Below are positions 50,058 to 60,116 of a DNA stretch of 64,000 nt, in pieces. This DNA comes from Acidimicrobiia bacterium (GTDB taxonomy: Bacteria; Actinomycetota; Acidimicrobiia; Spongiisociales; UBA11373). Below the pieces are notes generated by a model. It did no database searches. It was not told the DNA's origin and worked only from the letters and a program-made list of their open reading frames with translations. Each line of letters opens with the position of its first letter. Positions within the stretch are counted from its first letter, which is position 1. Position numbers and translations under genes: made by a program. Location: the NCBI GenBank assembly GCA_036478235.1, contig JAZGDZ010000089.1, positions 3,105-67,104 on the forward strand, given 5' to 3'.

Positions 50058-51995
50058 TCACCCGGAGGTAACCGTCGCCTCCATCCCCGCTTCACGGTGG
50101 CCGGGAATGTTGCAGAAGAAGCTCGCGGCCGGCGTTCCTTCCGGCACGACGAACGTGATCTCGGCGAACTCCCCCGGCGCCGCCTCGACCAACACTCCGT
50201 ACTCGGTGATCTCGAGGTTGTGCACGACCGCCCCTTCGTTGCGGAGACGCAGCGTGACCTCGTCTCCCGGAGTCAGGTTCAACTCAGGCAAGTCGAAGGC
50301 GAACTCGGTGGCGACGACCTCGATGACGCCGTCTGTCACCTCGCTCTCTTCGGAACGTTCGCTCCCCGGCACCACCGGGAAGCCGTTCTGGAATCCCCAC
50401 ACCCAGAACATCTCGTTGGAAGTGTGCATCGCACCGGCCGTGTCGTATCCGGTGTCGATCGGACTCCAGACCCCCGTACTCACGTCGAAGCCGATGACGG
50501 CGACGTCGACCGCGGCCGATCCGTTCGGTCCTCCGGCAGCATCAGGCGTCGGAATCCCCGGATAGGCGAAGTAGACGTCGTCGCCGAGACGATCGATCTC
50601 GAAGGGGCTCGCCTCCATCTCCTTGGGCGGAGCAGCCCGCAGCAGGCCGCCGCGGTTGACCGTCGCCTCGAAGAATCCGGTGAGAGCCGTCTCCACGTCG
50701 CCCCTTCTCACCGCGTCGGCGGCGTTGAAGCGGAGCGAGTTGAGGGCGCCGATGATGTCGCCCACCTCCCAGGTAGTGAGGCGGGTCACCCCGGCGAACG
50801 AACCGGTGGCTCCGTCGTACCCCTCCATCATCTCGACGAAGAGCCCGACCGCCCGGTCGCGATGATCCTCGTCGTCCAGCACCCGGGCCGATTCCATGAG
50901 CCCGCGGATGGCCCGCGCCTGCTCGACCGGGCCATTTGGCTCGACGGCGGCGAGAGCGTCACCCAGGGTGGAGAGCCGGTCCAGTGCCCGGCTGCGCAGC
51001 GAGGCGTCCTCGGTGGAGGCGGCGAACCACACCATCGCCTGAGCGGCCTGGCTCATACCCAGGACGTCGCTCGGCTCGACCGCTTCCAGCAGCTCGAACA
51101 GTCCGTCCACTTCGGGGGCCAGCACGGCGAGATAGGCCGGGTCGCCGTAGACCCCGTTGAACGAGTCCGCCTGCTGCAACGTGAGCCGCAGGTCGGACAA
51201 GGCAATCAGCATCTGGAACTGGTCCACATCCGCCGCGGTCCCTCCGCTGGGCGTCACCGTGGTGCCGTCGTACTGTGCTTCGGCGACAAAGAAGCCGTCC
51301 CCGGCCCGCAACTCGTCGAGGGCGAACCTCGCCTGGGCCTTGGCCTCGGCGAACAAGACAATGCCCTTGAAACGATCCATCGCTCCGAAGGAGTCGGTCG
51401 GGGCGCCCGCCCAACCCCCGTTGTTGAACAGCTTGGCCCACTCGAGCTCCTTGAGGATCGTCTGCGCCTGGGCCGAGGGAATCAATCGGGTGTCGAAGGC
51501 GTCCGGCGACCAGCGCCAGTTGGTGAAGTCCATGGGATCGCCGTTGAAAGCGTTGGCAAAGGTGGCATCACCCCCGGCATACACCGCCCGGATCAAGCCG
51601 GCGTTGGCCGGCATGACAACGTGCTCGCCCTCGTCGGGACCCTGGTCCACTGCGGCGACCATCTGCATGACCGCCTCCATCGGCGGCTCGAGCGGAACAC
51701 CCAGCCCGGCCATCATGACGACGCTGCCCAGGTTGTACCGGCTGTACCAGTATCCGTTCCAGGCCACTGCCTCGATGTCGTATCCGGAGAGACCGCCTCG
51801 GAAAGCGGCCACCTCGACGGCGACCGGGCCTGCCGGCGACGTGGTCGCCGCCGCGGTATCCGCCGGGGTTGTCGGCACTGTGGTCGATGACACGGCATCC
51901 GTCCCATGCGACTCTGAGCATGCCGCCGCCACCAGTGCCAGAGCGGCGACCACCACGGCGAACCGCCGCACGGACCGGCCCTGTAATCCAATCAT
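50058..51995 (-). CDS. Large lipoprotein (645 aa) with a C-terminal cupredoxin (type-1 copper) domain
   Basis: Begins MIGLQGRSVRRFAVVVAALALVAAAC with a lipobox. C-terminal ligand set VVHNLEI ... FFCNIPGHREAGMEA (His, Cys, His, Met). The 164-aa upstream extension is rejected. Confidence 0.6.
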   Translation of the reverse strand: MIGLQGRSVRRFAVVVAALALVAAACSESHGTDAVSSTTVPTTPADTAAATTSPAGPVAVEVAAFRGGLSGYDIEAVAWNGYWYSRYNLGSVVMMAGLGVPLEPPMEAVMQMVAAVDQGPDEGEHVVMPANAGLIRAVYAGGDATFANAFNGDPMDFTNWRWSPDAFDTRLIPSAQAQTILKELEWAKLFNNGGWAGAPTDSFGAMDRFKGIVLFAEAKAQARFALDELRAGDGFFVAEAQYDGTTVTPSGGTAADVDQFQMLIALSDLRLTLQQADSFNGVYGDPAYLAVLAPEVDGLFELLEAVEPSDVLGMSQAAQAMVWFAASTEDASLRSRALDRLSTLGDALAAVEPNGPVEQARAIRGLMESARVLDDEDHRDRAVGLFVEMMEGYDGATGSFAGVTRLTTWEVGDIIGALNSLRFNAADAVRRGDVETALTGFFEATVNRGGLLRAAPPKEMEASPFEIDRLGDDVYFAYPGIPTPDAAGGPNGSAAVDVAVIGFDVSTGVWSPIDTGYDTAGAMHTSNEMFWVWGFQNGFPVVPGSERSEESEVTDGVIEVVATEFAFDLPELNLTPGDEVTLRLRNEGAVVHNLEITEYGVLVEAAPGEFAEITFVVPEGTPAASFFCNIPGHREAGMEATVTSG

Positions 51996-52230
51996 TTCTA
52001 CCTCCTCGTGATTTCCTTCACAAGAACACGACCGGGATGCGGCACGCACGGGCCAAAAGTCCTTCGGTGTGTCGTAACTCCGACGTTGCAGGAGGCACAC
52101 CGACGGAAGTCCGTCAATCGGCGGCCGATGGCAGACCCTGCGCCCGCCCGCAATCCGCAACTCGCGGGCACTCCCTACAATCCGGCGCCGCAGGTGGACG
52201 AGGTATCCACAACGACCCGGGAGGCGGCAG

Positions 52231-55176
52231 GTGGGGGCACGACGATCCAGCCGTGTTGCGGCCCTCACACTGGCGATGGTTCTCGTGGTGGCGGCTTGCA
52301 CAGATTCCGACACGACGGCCACCACGACGATCGCCCCGACGACCACCGCCCCGACGACCACCGCCGCAACGGCCGGAACTGCTACAACCACCACGACCAC
52401 CCGGCCTCCCCCCGAACTCCCGACCTTCGCCGACGACGACGATGAGATCGATACCGACGAGGCAGTTCGGATCGGGGTGCTCGACAACGGGCTGACCTAC
52501 TACATCCGCGAGAACCGGGCTCCCGGCGGGCGGGCTCAGCTCCGGTTGGCGGTGCGAGCCGGATCGATCCAGGAGGCCGAAGATCAGCGCGGTGCCGCCC
52601 ACTACCTCGAGCACATGATGTTCAACGGCACCGAGCGCTTCCCGGCCAACGAGCTGGTGCTCGTCCTGCAGCGCTTCGGAGCCGAGTTCGGCGCCGACAT
52701 CAACGCCTACACCTCGTACGAAGAGACGGTCTACGAGCTGGAGCTGCCCACCGACGACGCGGCAACGATCGCGGCGGGATTCGACGTCCTCTTCGAGTGG
52801 GCCACGGCCGTTGCCCTGGACCCTGCCGAGGTCGACCTGGAGCGGGGCGTGCTCGTCGAGGAATGGCGGTTGCGCGACCAGGGCTTCTGGGGCCGGTACT
52901 TCGTGGGCGTCACCGAACGGCTCCTGGCGGAGACCCCTTATGAGGATCACGAGCCTCTCGGCACCCCCGAGGAGGTGGCGGCGACCACCCCGGAGGGTTT
53001 GCGCCACTTCTTCGAGACCTGGTATCGGACCGACACGATGGCCATCGTGGCCGTCGGTGACTTCGACGCCGACGTGATCGAACAGCTCATCTTCGAGCGA
53101 TTCAACGCCGTCGACGCGGCTACCGATCCCGAGCCGGTGCCGGAACCGGCGACGTCCGCAGCCGAGCGGCCGACCTTCTTCATCCTCACCGATCCCGAAT
53201 TCCCCCAGGCATGGGCAGAGCTCAACTACCCGCTTCCCGTCATCCCCGGCCCGGGATCGGTGGGCTCGGTCCGGCAGTCGATGGCCCTCGACCTGGCCTG
53301 GGACATGATCGTCACCCGGCTTGCCGAGGAAACGCTGCGGGGCGACGTCCCGTTCTTCGACCCCTCATTCGCCGCCAACCCACTGGTGAGAGCACAACGA
53401 ACCCCCGGCCTGGCGGCGTTTGCGCATCCCGAGGATCTTGCGGTCACCACCGAGGCGCTGCTCGCCGAGGTGCAACGAGCCCGCGCCCACGGCTTCACCG
53501 AGGGTGAGATGGAAAGAGCCATCGACGACATGCGGGGCGGTGTGGAGCTGGAGTTCGACGAGCGGGGTACCACCCAGGACGCCGCCTACGCCGGACGATA
53601 CGTCGAGCACTTCCTCGGAGACGTGCCCATCCCCTCTGCCGAGGACTGGCACGACCTCCGCCTCCGGCTCCTCGACGAGGTGACCGCCAATCAGGTGTGG
53701 GACACCTTTGCGGCGACAATCGCCTCGACGGCCCCGTTCGTCATCATCGTCGCCCCCGAGGCGTTGGCGGGACTGATACCCGACAAGGATGGGTTGGCGG
53801 AGATCGTGGAGCGGGTGGCCACCACCGACTATGAGCCGTTCACCGATGACGCCACAGCCCTCGAGACCCTGATGGAACGGCCCGACACGACCCTGGTGAA
53901 CTCCAGAGGCCAGTTCTCGGACACCGGTCTCACCGAACTGACCCTCGCCAACGGATCCCGCGTCGTCTTCCTGGTGACCACGATCCGCGACGACGTGGTG
54001 GTGTTCAGAGCCTCCAGCCCGGGGGGATGGGCAACATTGCCCCCCGGCGATGTCGTCGAGGCTCAGATGATCTCGGACGTGGTGCTCAAGAGCGGGGTCG
54101 GCGACATCGACCAGGTCACCCTGGAGCGGACGCTGTCGGGGCTGATAGTTTCGCTCGCACCCTTCATCGACGAGGTGCACGAGGGCTTCTTCGGCGAGGC
54201 GGCCACCCAGGATCTGGAGACCCTGCTCCAACTGGTGCACCTGTACATGACCGAGCCGCGGTTCGAGCAGACCGCCCTCGACATTGCGATCGGCGAGACC
54301 CTCCCCTTCGCCGCCAATCCGGACCAGGTGCCGGATCTCGCCGTGTCCGCCGCCGTGGCCGAAGAGCGCTTCTCCGGTGACGCCCGGTTCGGCGTGCTCC
54401 CCACCGAGGATGACCTGACGACCTTCGACCTGGAACAGGCCGCTGAGCTCTTCGTCGATCGCTTCGACGATCCCGGCGACTTCGTGTTCGTCTTCGCCGG
54501 TGACTTCGATCAAGACGAGGTCGAGGATCTCGCCAGGCGCTACTTGGGATCGATCCCGGGGCCGGGAGACACCGAACCCTTCGTCAACGTGCGTCCCGAC
54601 CCACCCGACGGAGTCATCGAGCGGGTCGTCGAGGCGGGAACGGGACAACTGGGAGGAGTCACCTTCCTGTTCAGCAACCCGATCACGCTCGACCCCGACA
54701 CCCGGATCGAGATCGACCTCCTCGACCTCGTCATCCAGCAGCGTCTCACCGAGAGGATTCGCGAGGAGCTGTCGGCGTCGTACTCTCCGTTCGCCTTGGT
54801 CGAGTTGGTCGAGGAGCCCGAGCAGTCCGTCGAGTTCAGGATCCAGATCAGCGGCGATCCGGACGGGCTCGACGAGGTGGTCGAACAGACCTTGGCAGTG
54901 CTGGCCGACCTGCGTGACAACGGTCCCACCGAGGACGAGCTGGCGATCGCCGCCGAGCAGCTGCTGCGCGACTACGAGTTGGTCTCGAACGAGCTGCTCT
55001 CCCAGGCGATCGTCTTCAGCGCCGAGCACCCCGACGAGTTCCTCTCGGAGATCATCGCCCGCATCGATCGCACCTTCGATCCAACCCGACAGGACATCCG
55101 TGACCTGGCGAGAGCGCTGCTCCCCGGGGACGATTACATCCTGGTGAAGCTGGTTCCGATCGGTTTCGAGGGATAG
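52231..55176 (+). CDS. M16-family zinc metallopeptidase (pitrilysin/insulinase-like, tandem M16 halves) lipoprotein
   Basis: Lipobox LVVAAC. Inverted zinc motif HYLEHMMFNGT (HxxEH). 981 aa, with a second inactive-like half. Confidence 0.8.
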   Translation: MGARRSSRVAALTLAMVLVVAACTDSDTTATTTIAPTTTAPTTTAATAGTATTTTTTRPPPELPTFADDDDEIDTDEAVRIGVLDNGLTYYIRENRAPGGRAQLRLAVRAGSIQEAEDQRGAAHYLEHMMFNGTERFPANELVLVLQRFGAEFGADINAYTSYEETVYELELPTDDAATIAAGFDVLFEWATAVALDPAEVDLERGVLVEEWRLRDQGFWGRYFVGVTERLLAETPYEDHEPLGTPEEVAATTPEGLRHFFETWYRTDTMAIVAVGDFDADVIEQLIFERFNAVDAATDPEPVPEPATSAAERPTFFILTDPEFPQAWAELNYPLPVIPGPGSVGSVRQSMALDLAWDMIVTRLAEETLRGDVPFFDPSFAANPLVRAQRTPGLAAFAHPEDLAVTTEALLAEVQRARAHGFTEGEMERAIDDMRGGVELEFDERGTTQDAAYAGRYVEHFLGDVPIPSAEDWHDLRLRLLDEVTANQVWDTFAATIASTAPFVIIVAPEALAGLIPDKDGLAEIVERVATTDYEPFTDDATALETLMERPDTTLVNSRGQFSDTGLTELTLANGSRVVFLVTTIRDDVVVFRASSPGGWATLPPGDVVEAQMISDVVLKSGVGDIDQVTLERTLSGLIVSLAPFIDEVHEGFFGEAATQDLETLLQLVHLYMTEPRFEQTALDIAIGETLPFAANPDQVPDLAVSAAVAEERFSGDARFGVLPTEDDLTTFDLEQAAELFVDRFDDPGDFVFVFAGDFDQDEVEDLARRYLGSIPGPGDTEPFVNVRPDPPDGVIERVVEAGTGQLGGVTFLFSNPITLDPDTRIEIDLLDLVIQQRLTERIREELSASYSPFALVELVEEPEQSVEFRIQISGDPDGLDEVVEQTLAVLADLRDNGPTEDELAIAAEQLLRDYELVSNELLSQAIVFSAEHPDEFLSEIIARIDRTFDPTRQDIRDLARALLPGDDYILVKLVPIGFEG

Positions 55177-55189
55177 GCGGCAGCCAAGA

Positions 55190-55392
55190 GATCGCCCGCC
55201 GAGCGCAGCGAGGCGATTGCCCTGAAACAGCGATCGGCTCCAAAGGAGCCGGGCAATCGGCTGCGCCGGGCAGAGCCTCAGCGATCGCCCGCCGAGCGCA
55301 GCGAGGCGATTGCCAGCTGCTGATCGCCCGCCGAGCGCAGCGAGGCGAATGCCAGCAACTGATCGCCCGCCGAGCGCAGCGAGGCGATTGCC
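55190..55392. repeat. Complex tandem array: four copies of the 32-bp core GATCGCCCGCCGAGCGCAGCGAGGCGATTGCC with spacers of 61, 7 and 7 nt, plus related flanking motifs
   Basis: Copies at 55190-55221, 55283-55314, 55322-55353 (1 mismatch) and 55361-55392. Flanking segments gcgatcggctccaaaggagccgggcaatcgg and gcgatcgactccgagggagccaagcaatcag are related. Lies between convergent M16 peptidase and prfA. Confidence 0.85.
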
Positions 55393-55426
55393 AATGATTG
55401 CGATCGACTCCGAGGGAGCCAAGCAA

Positions 55427-56506
55427 TCAGCCTTCGCTGAGTCGTCTCGCCTCGTCGTCGAGTGTGAGGGCGTCGACGAACCCGTCCAGGGCGCCCTCGA
55501 GGATCTCGGGGAGCCGCTTGATCGTCAGCCCGATCCGGTGATCGGTGACCCGGTTCTCCCGGTAGTTGTAGGTGCGGATCTTCTCGGCGCGCTCCCCCGA
55601 TCCCACCTGGGCCTTGCGGCTCGCCGCCAGCTCCGACATCTGGCGGTCCATCTCGATCTGGAAGAGACGAGCGCGCAGAACCCGCAGGGCCTTGGCCTTG
55701 TTCTGCAGCTGCGACTTCTCGTCCTGGCAGGTGACGACGAGCCCGGTCGGCTTGTGGGTCACGCGAACGGCCGAGTCGGTGGTGTTTACCGACTGCCCGC
55801 CCGGTCCTGAAGAACGGAAAACGTCTATCTCGAGGTCGTTCTCATTGATCTCGATCTCGACCTCGTCGGCTTCCGGCAGCACCGCCACCGTGGCGATCGA
55901 GGTGTGCACCCGTCCCTGGGACTCGGTCTTGGGGACCCGCTGCACCCGGTGCGAACCCGCCTCGAACTTGAAACGCGAGTAGGCGCCCGAACCCTTCACA
56001 GCAAATGTGACCTCCTTGAACCCGCCCGACTCTCTCGCCGAGGTCGAGATCGGCTCGATCAACCAGCCGTGCGTCTCGGCATATCGCTGATACATCCGGT
56101 ACAGGTCTCCGGCCCAGATGGCGGCCTCGCCGCCTCCGACCGCCGCTCGAATCTCGACAATGACGTCCTTCTCGTCGTTGGGGTCCTTGGGCACCAACAT
56201 CAGCCGGAGCTTCGACTCCAGCTCGTCGGCGACGGCGAGGCGATCCTCGGCCATCGTCTTCAACTCGGCGGCGAGCTCGGCATCCTGCTCCGCTGCGGCG
56301 AGCTCACCCGCCTCATCGGCATCCTGAGCGGCGGCGCGCTGCTCGTGGAACACGTCGACGACCTGCTTGAGTCCAGCGTGGCGCTTGGCCACTTCGGTGT
56401 AACGAGATCGGTCGGCCAGCACCTCCGGATCGGCCATGGTGTCGAGAGTCTCCTCGTACGCCTGCTCGATCTCGGTGAGGCGCTCGACGAGGGCATCGTC
56501 CATCAC
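55427..56506 (-). CDS. prfA: Peptide chain release factor 1
   Basis: Motif GGQ ([11 protein letters not shown]) and the RF1-type tripeptide region [15 protein letters not shown]. Confidence 0.95.
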   Translation of the reverse strand: MMDDALVERLTEIEQAYEETLDTMADPEVLADRSRYTEVAKRHAGLKQVVDVFHEQRAAAQDADEAGELAAAEQDAELAAELKTMAEDRLAVADELESKLRLMLVPKDPNDEKDVIVEIRAAVGGGEAAIWAGDLYRMYQRYAETHGWLIEPISTSARESGGFKEVTFAVKGSGAYSRFKFEAGSHRVQRVPKTESQGRVHTSIATVAVLPEADEVEIEINENDLEIDVFRSSGPGGQSVNTTDSAVRVTHKPTGLVVTCQDEKSQLQNKAKALRVLRARLFQIEMDRQMSELAASRKAQVGSGERAEKIRTYNYRENRVTDHRIGLTIKRLPEILEGALDGFVDALTLDDEARRLSEG

Positions 56507-57435
56507 GAGGACACCACGTATCCCAGAGCTCCGGGAGCGACGGGACCTCGGCGCTCGACCATGGAGCGCTCCTCTTCGTCCAGCGCCGCCAAGAGCGACG
56601 CCACCGCAACCTCGACCTGGTCGTCGGTCGGCTCCCTTGTGGTGAGACGCTGCAGCCAGATTCCGGGCCGAGAGGCCAGGCTCATCCAGCGATGGTTTGC
56701 GGCGAGCTTGAGGATCTCATACGAAATGCCGGCGATGACAGGGATGAGCAGCACCCTGCTGGCCACCAGCCAGAACCAGCCCGGCCTGCCAACGGCGGTG
56801 AACACGACGATGGCGATGAGGATCACGATCAGGAGGAAGTTGGTCCCACACCTGGGATGGCGCGGGCTGTGCTTCTGAATCTCGTCGAGCGCGAGTGGAT
56901 CGCCGGCTTCGTAGGCGTGGATGGTCTTGTGTTCGGCCCCGTGATACATGAACACCCGGGCGATCTCGGCGGAGCGACCGATTGCCCAGATGTAGCCGAC
57001 GAACAGCAGCACTCGCACGACGCCGTCGACCACGTTGAAGACGATCGTGGACTCGCCCAGAAACCGCTCGGCGCCCCGAGCGACGAGCAGCGGAAAGAGC
57101 ATGAAGAGGGCGATGAAGAAGACCAGGGCGACGATCATGGCTCCGGCGATGTGGCGTGGCTTGATCTCCTCCTCGTCCTCGTCGGTGGCCTTCATCGCCG
57201 ACCACGACAATGCCCGGAACCCCAGGCTGAGGGACTCGATCAGCACCATCACCCCGCGGATCAGGGGGACCTTGGCCGCTCGGGAGCGAGCCGACAGCCG
57301 AGGTAGCTCGTCGCAGCGGGCCTCGATGACACCGTCGGGACGCCGCACCGCGACCGACCACGCCTTGGGGGCGCGCATCATCACGCCTTCGATGACGGCC
57401 TGGCCTCCGACGGTGGCACCCGGCGGGCGGCTCAA
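56503..57435 (-). CDS. DUF1385-domain membrane protein (YqhQ-like)
   Basis: Motifs QAVIEGVMMR and FMYHGAEHKTIHAYE are characteristic of DUF1385. Overlaps prfA by 4 nt. Confidence 0.7.
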   Translation of the reverse strand: MSRPPGATVGGQAVIEGVMMRAPKAWSVAVRRPDGVIEARCDELPRLSARSRAAKVPLIRGVMVLIESLSLGFRALSWSAMKATDEDEEEIKPRHIAGAMIVALVFFIALFMLFPLLVARGAERFLGESTIVFNVVDGVVRVLLFVGYIWAIGRSAEIARVFMYHGAEHKTIHAYEAGDPLALDEIQKHSPRHPRCGTNFLLIVILIAIVVFTAVGRPGWFWLVASRVLLIPVIAGISYEILKLAANHRWMSLASRPGIWLQRLTTREPTDDQVEVAVASLLAALDEEERSMVERRGPVAPGALGYVVSS

Positions 57436-57441
57436 GTCAGA

Positions 57442-57753
57442 TCACTCGTCCTGTTCGGACTCGGTGCTCTCTGCCGTGGCCTCAAGGGCCGGCTGAGGAG
57501 ACGGGGCGGCCTTCTCGCCGTAACGCCGGCGGAAGCGCTCGATGCGACCGCCGGAGTCCACCAAGATCTGCTTTCCGGTGTAGAAGGGATGACTGGCGCT
57601 GGACATCTCGACACGCACCATCGGGTAGGTGTTGCCGTCCTCCCACTCGATCGTCTCATCGGTGGCCGCGGTCGACCGGGTGAGGAACTTGAAATCCGAT
57701 GAGGTGTCGACGAACACGACCTCTCGATAATCGGGGTGGATGCCTTGCTTCAC
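57442..57753 (-). CDS. rpmE: 50S ribosomal protein L31, Cys-less (non-zinc) form with an acidic C-terminal tail
   Basis: Begins [14 protein letters not shown] and has HPFYTGKQ. No CxxC motifs anywhere in its 103 aa. Confidence 0.85.
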   Translation of the reverse strand: MKQGIHPDYREVVFVDTSSDFKFLTRSTAATDETIEWEDGNTYPMVRVEMSSASHPFYTGKQILVDSGGRIERFRRRYGEKAAPSPQPALEATAESTESEQDE

Positions 57754-57784
57754 TGTTGCTGCTCCTGCGAGGTGATGATGCTAA

Positions 57785-59299
57785 TCAGGACCCGGGCTGG
57801 GTCGACTTGGCGATATCGGCCAGGAACTCGGCGTTCGACTTCGTGTTCTTCAGTCGATCGATGAGAAGTTCGAGGCCGGCCGCAGGTTCGGCGAGGGCCA
57901 GCAGCACCCGGCGCAGCTTCCACACCTGGGCGAGCTCGTCCCTGTTGAACAGCAGCTCCTCCTTACGGGTGCCCGAGGACGCGATGTCGATGGCCGGATA
58001 GACCCGCTTGTCGGCGAGCTTGCGGTCGAGCCGCAGCTCCATGTTCCCGGTGCCTTTGAACTCTTCGAAGATCACCTCGTCCATCCGCGAACCGGTCTCG
58101 ACGAGCGCCGTTCCCAGGATGGTAAGGCTCCCCCCCTCCTCGATGTTGCGGGCAGCACCGAAGAACCGCTTCGGCGGATACAACGCCGTCGAGTCCACGC
58201 CACCGGAAAGGATCCGGCCCGATGCCGGAGTCGCCAGGTTGTAGGCCCGGGCGAGCCGGGTGATCGAGTCGAGCAGGATCACGACGTCGTTGCCCATCTC
58301 CACCATCCTGCGAGCCCGCTCGATGGCGAGATCCGCCACCTGGGTGTGCTCCTCGGCCGGGCGGTCGAAGGTGGAAAAGATCACCTCGCCCTTGACAGAA
58401 CGCTGCATGTCGGTGACCTCCTCGGGCCGCTCGTCGACGAGCACGACGATGAGCTGGCACTCGGGGTTGTTGGAGGTGATCGAGTTGGCGATCTCCTTGA
58501 GCACCGTCGTCTTGCCGGCCTTCGGCGGAGAGACGATCAGGCCGCGCTGGCCCTTTCCGATCGGGGCGATGAGATCGACGATCCGGGCCAGAACGTGGTT
58601 CGGCTCCCCGTCCACCTCGAGGCGAAGCCGGTCGTCGGGGAACAGCGGGGTGAGATCACCGAACTTGGGACGCTTGTGAGCATCCTCGACGGTCATGCCG
58701 TTGACGTGCTCGATACGGGTGAGCGCCGGAAACTTCTCCTTGGACCGGGGAGGGCGGATCGGGCCGCTGACGATGTCACCCTTGCGCAGGCCGAACTTGC
58801 GCACCTGGCTGGCCGACACGTAGCAGTCCTTGTCCCCGGGGAGGTAGCCGGTGACCCGGAGGAAACCGTAACCCTCGGGGAGGATGTCGAGGATGCCCTC
58901 GCGGTCCTCGAGGTCGGCCTCATCCCATTGCTGCTGGTGACCACCACCGCCGCCGCGGCTGCGACGCCTGCGCTGGCCGCCCCCGGAGCCGCTCTTGGAC
59001 TGGCCGCCCCCGGAGCTGCCCTGGGACTGGCCTCCTCCGGACGCCTTCTTGGCGGCGGGCTTGTCGTCGCCGCCGGCGTCACCGCCGTCGGACGATGCTC
59101 CGTCGCCGGAACGGCGCTCTTCGATCTCGGGCAGATCGACCGGCGCCGGCTCACCGCTGGCCTCGAATCCGTCTGAGTCGATGATCACCGCGATCAGCTT
59201 CGACTTCTGCAGGCTCTTGTGGCCTTCGATCTCAAGCGATGCCGCGATCGTGCGCAGTTCGTCGAGATTCTTCTCCTGGAGCTTGGCTCTGGTGGTCAT
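57785..59299 (-). CDS. rho: Transcription termination factor Rho with a Gly/Ser/Arg-rich N-terminal insertion
   Basis: Walker A motif [18 protein letters not shown]-binding OB region. 504 aa, with a low-complexity insert typical of actinobacterial Rho. Confidence 0.95.
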   Translation of the reverse strand: MTTRAKLQEKNLDELRTIAASLEIEGHKSLQKSKLIAVIIDSDGFEASGEPAPVDLPEIEERRSGDGASSDGGDAGGDDKPAAKKASGGGQSQGSSGGGQSKSGSGGGQRRRRSRGGGGGHQQQWDEADLEDREGILDILPEGYGFLRVTGYLPGDKDCYVSASQVRKFGLRKGDIVSGPIRPPRSKEKFPALTRIEHVNGMTVEDAHKRPKFGDLTPLFPDDRLRLEVDGEPNHVLARIVDLIAPIGKGQRGLIVSPPKAGKTTVLKEIANSITSNNPECQLIVVLVDERPEEVTDMQRSVKGEVIFSTFDRPAEEHTQVADLAIERARRMVEMGNDVVILLDSITRLARAYNLATPASGRILSGGVDSTALYPPKRFFGAARNIEEGGSLTILGTALVETGSRMDEVIFEEFKGTGNMELRLDRKLADKRVYPAIDIASSGTRKEELLFNRDELAQVWKLRRVLLALAEPAAGLELLIDRLKNTKSNAEFLADIAKSTQPGS

Positions 59300-59967
59300 T
59301 TGCTCCCTCTCTGATCGGCGAGCGCCTCCTGATAGGCGTCCCAGTCCTGGTTGAACCGCTCGTTACCGATGTCGGTGAGCGGATGGTTGAAAAGCTTGTC
59401 CATCACGGCGAACGGCATCGTGGCGGCGTCGGCTCCGATCCTGGCCGCCTCCACGACGTGGCGGGGGTGACGCAGGCTGGCTGCGAGCACCTGGGTCTTA
59501 TGTCCCTGCACGGCGTAGATCTCCACTATCTCTTCGAGCAGCGCGAGGCTGTCGTTGGCGATGTCGTCCACCCGGCCGAGGAAGGGCGAGACGAATGTGG
59601 CTCCAATGGTGGCGGCCAGGATCGCCTGGGCCCCCGAGAACACGAGGGTGACGTTGATCGGGATCCCCTCGCTGGTGAGGCGAGCACCGGCGGTGACGCC
59701 CGCCCTGGTCATCGGAACCTTGATGACGATGTTGTCTGCGATATCGACGAGCTGTTTCGCCTGAGCGAGCATCTCCTCGGGCGCATCGGCCACGACTTCG
59801 GCCGAGACCGGCCCCTTGACGATGTCGGTGATCGCCTTTAGGAGGTCGTGGAATTCGAGCCCCTCCCGGGCGGCGAGGGTCGGATTGGTCGTGAGACCCT
59901 CGAGGATGCCCCAGGAATGGGCGGTTTCGATGTCGGCCAAATGAGCCGTATCGAGGAACAGCTTCAA
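59296..59967 (-). CDS. tal: Transaldolase / fructose-6-phosphate aldolase family (short TalC/FSA-type)
   Basis: Motifs [10 protein letters not shown]...GLTTNPTL, the Schiff-base lysine region IVIKVPMT and [11 protein letters not shown]. Confidence 0.85.
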   Translation of the reverse strand: MKLFLDTAHLADIETAHSWGILEGLTTNPTLAAREGLEFHDLLKAITDIVKGPVSAEVVADAPEEMLAQAKQLVDIADNIVIKVPMTRAGVTAGARLTSEGIPINVTLVFSGAQAILAATIGATFVSPFLGRVDDIANDSLALLEEIVEIYAVQGHKTQVLAASLRHPRHVVEAARIGADAATMPFAVMDKLFNHPLTDIGNERFNQDWDAYQEALADQRGSK

Positions 59968-60116
59968 CGGATTCTCCAGAACGTAGTTCTGATTCGGGGA
60001 CCCGCCAGACCGAGCACACGCGTGAGCCGGCGGACGGAGTCCGGGGAAACGGGTGATCTACCCGAGGAGGTGATTGTAGAGCGTCTTCGCCGCTGGGCAA
60101 AGGCGCATCGCCCGGA

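Noticed and set aside
51996-52487. 164-aa N-terminal extension of the cupredoxin lipoprotein ORF
   Set aside because: Poly-Val/Ala/Ser low-complexity. Overlaps the divergent M16 peptidase start. The lipoprotein signal peptide begins at the internal Met (51995).
55190-55420. Possible CRISPR array
   Set aside because: Spacers are 7, 7 and 61 nt, so irregular and too short. Only four repeats. No cas genes anywhere in the window. Better described as a VNTR/MIRU-like array.
53365-55426. Minus-strand ORFs translating the 32-bp repeat into SPRCARRAIS-type peptide repeats
   Set aside because: They are antisense to the M16 peptidase and arise simply from translating the DNA repeat. Not credible coding sequence.
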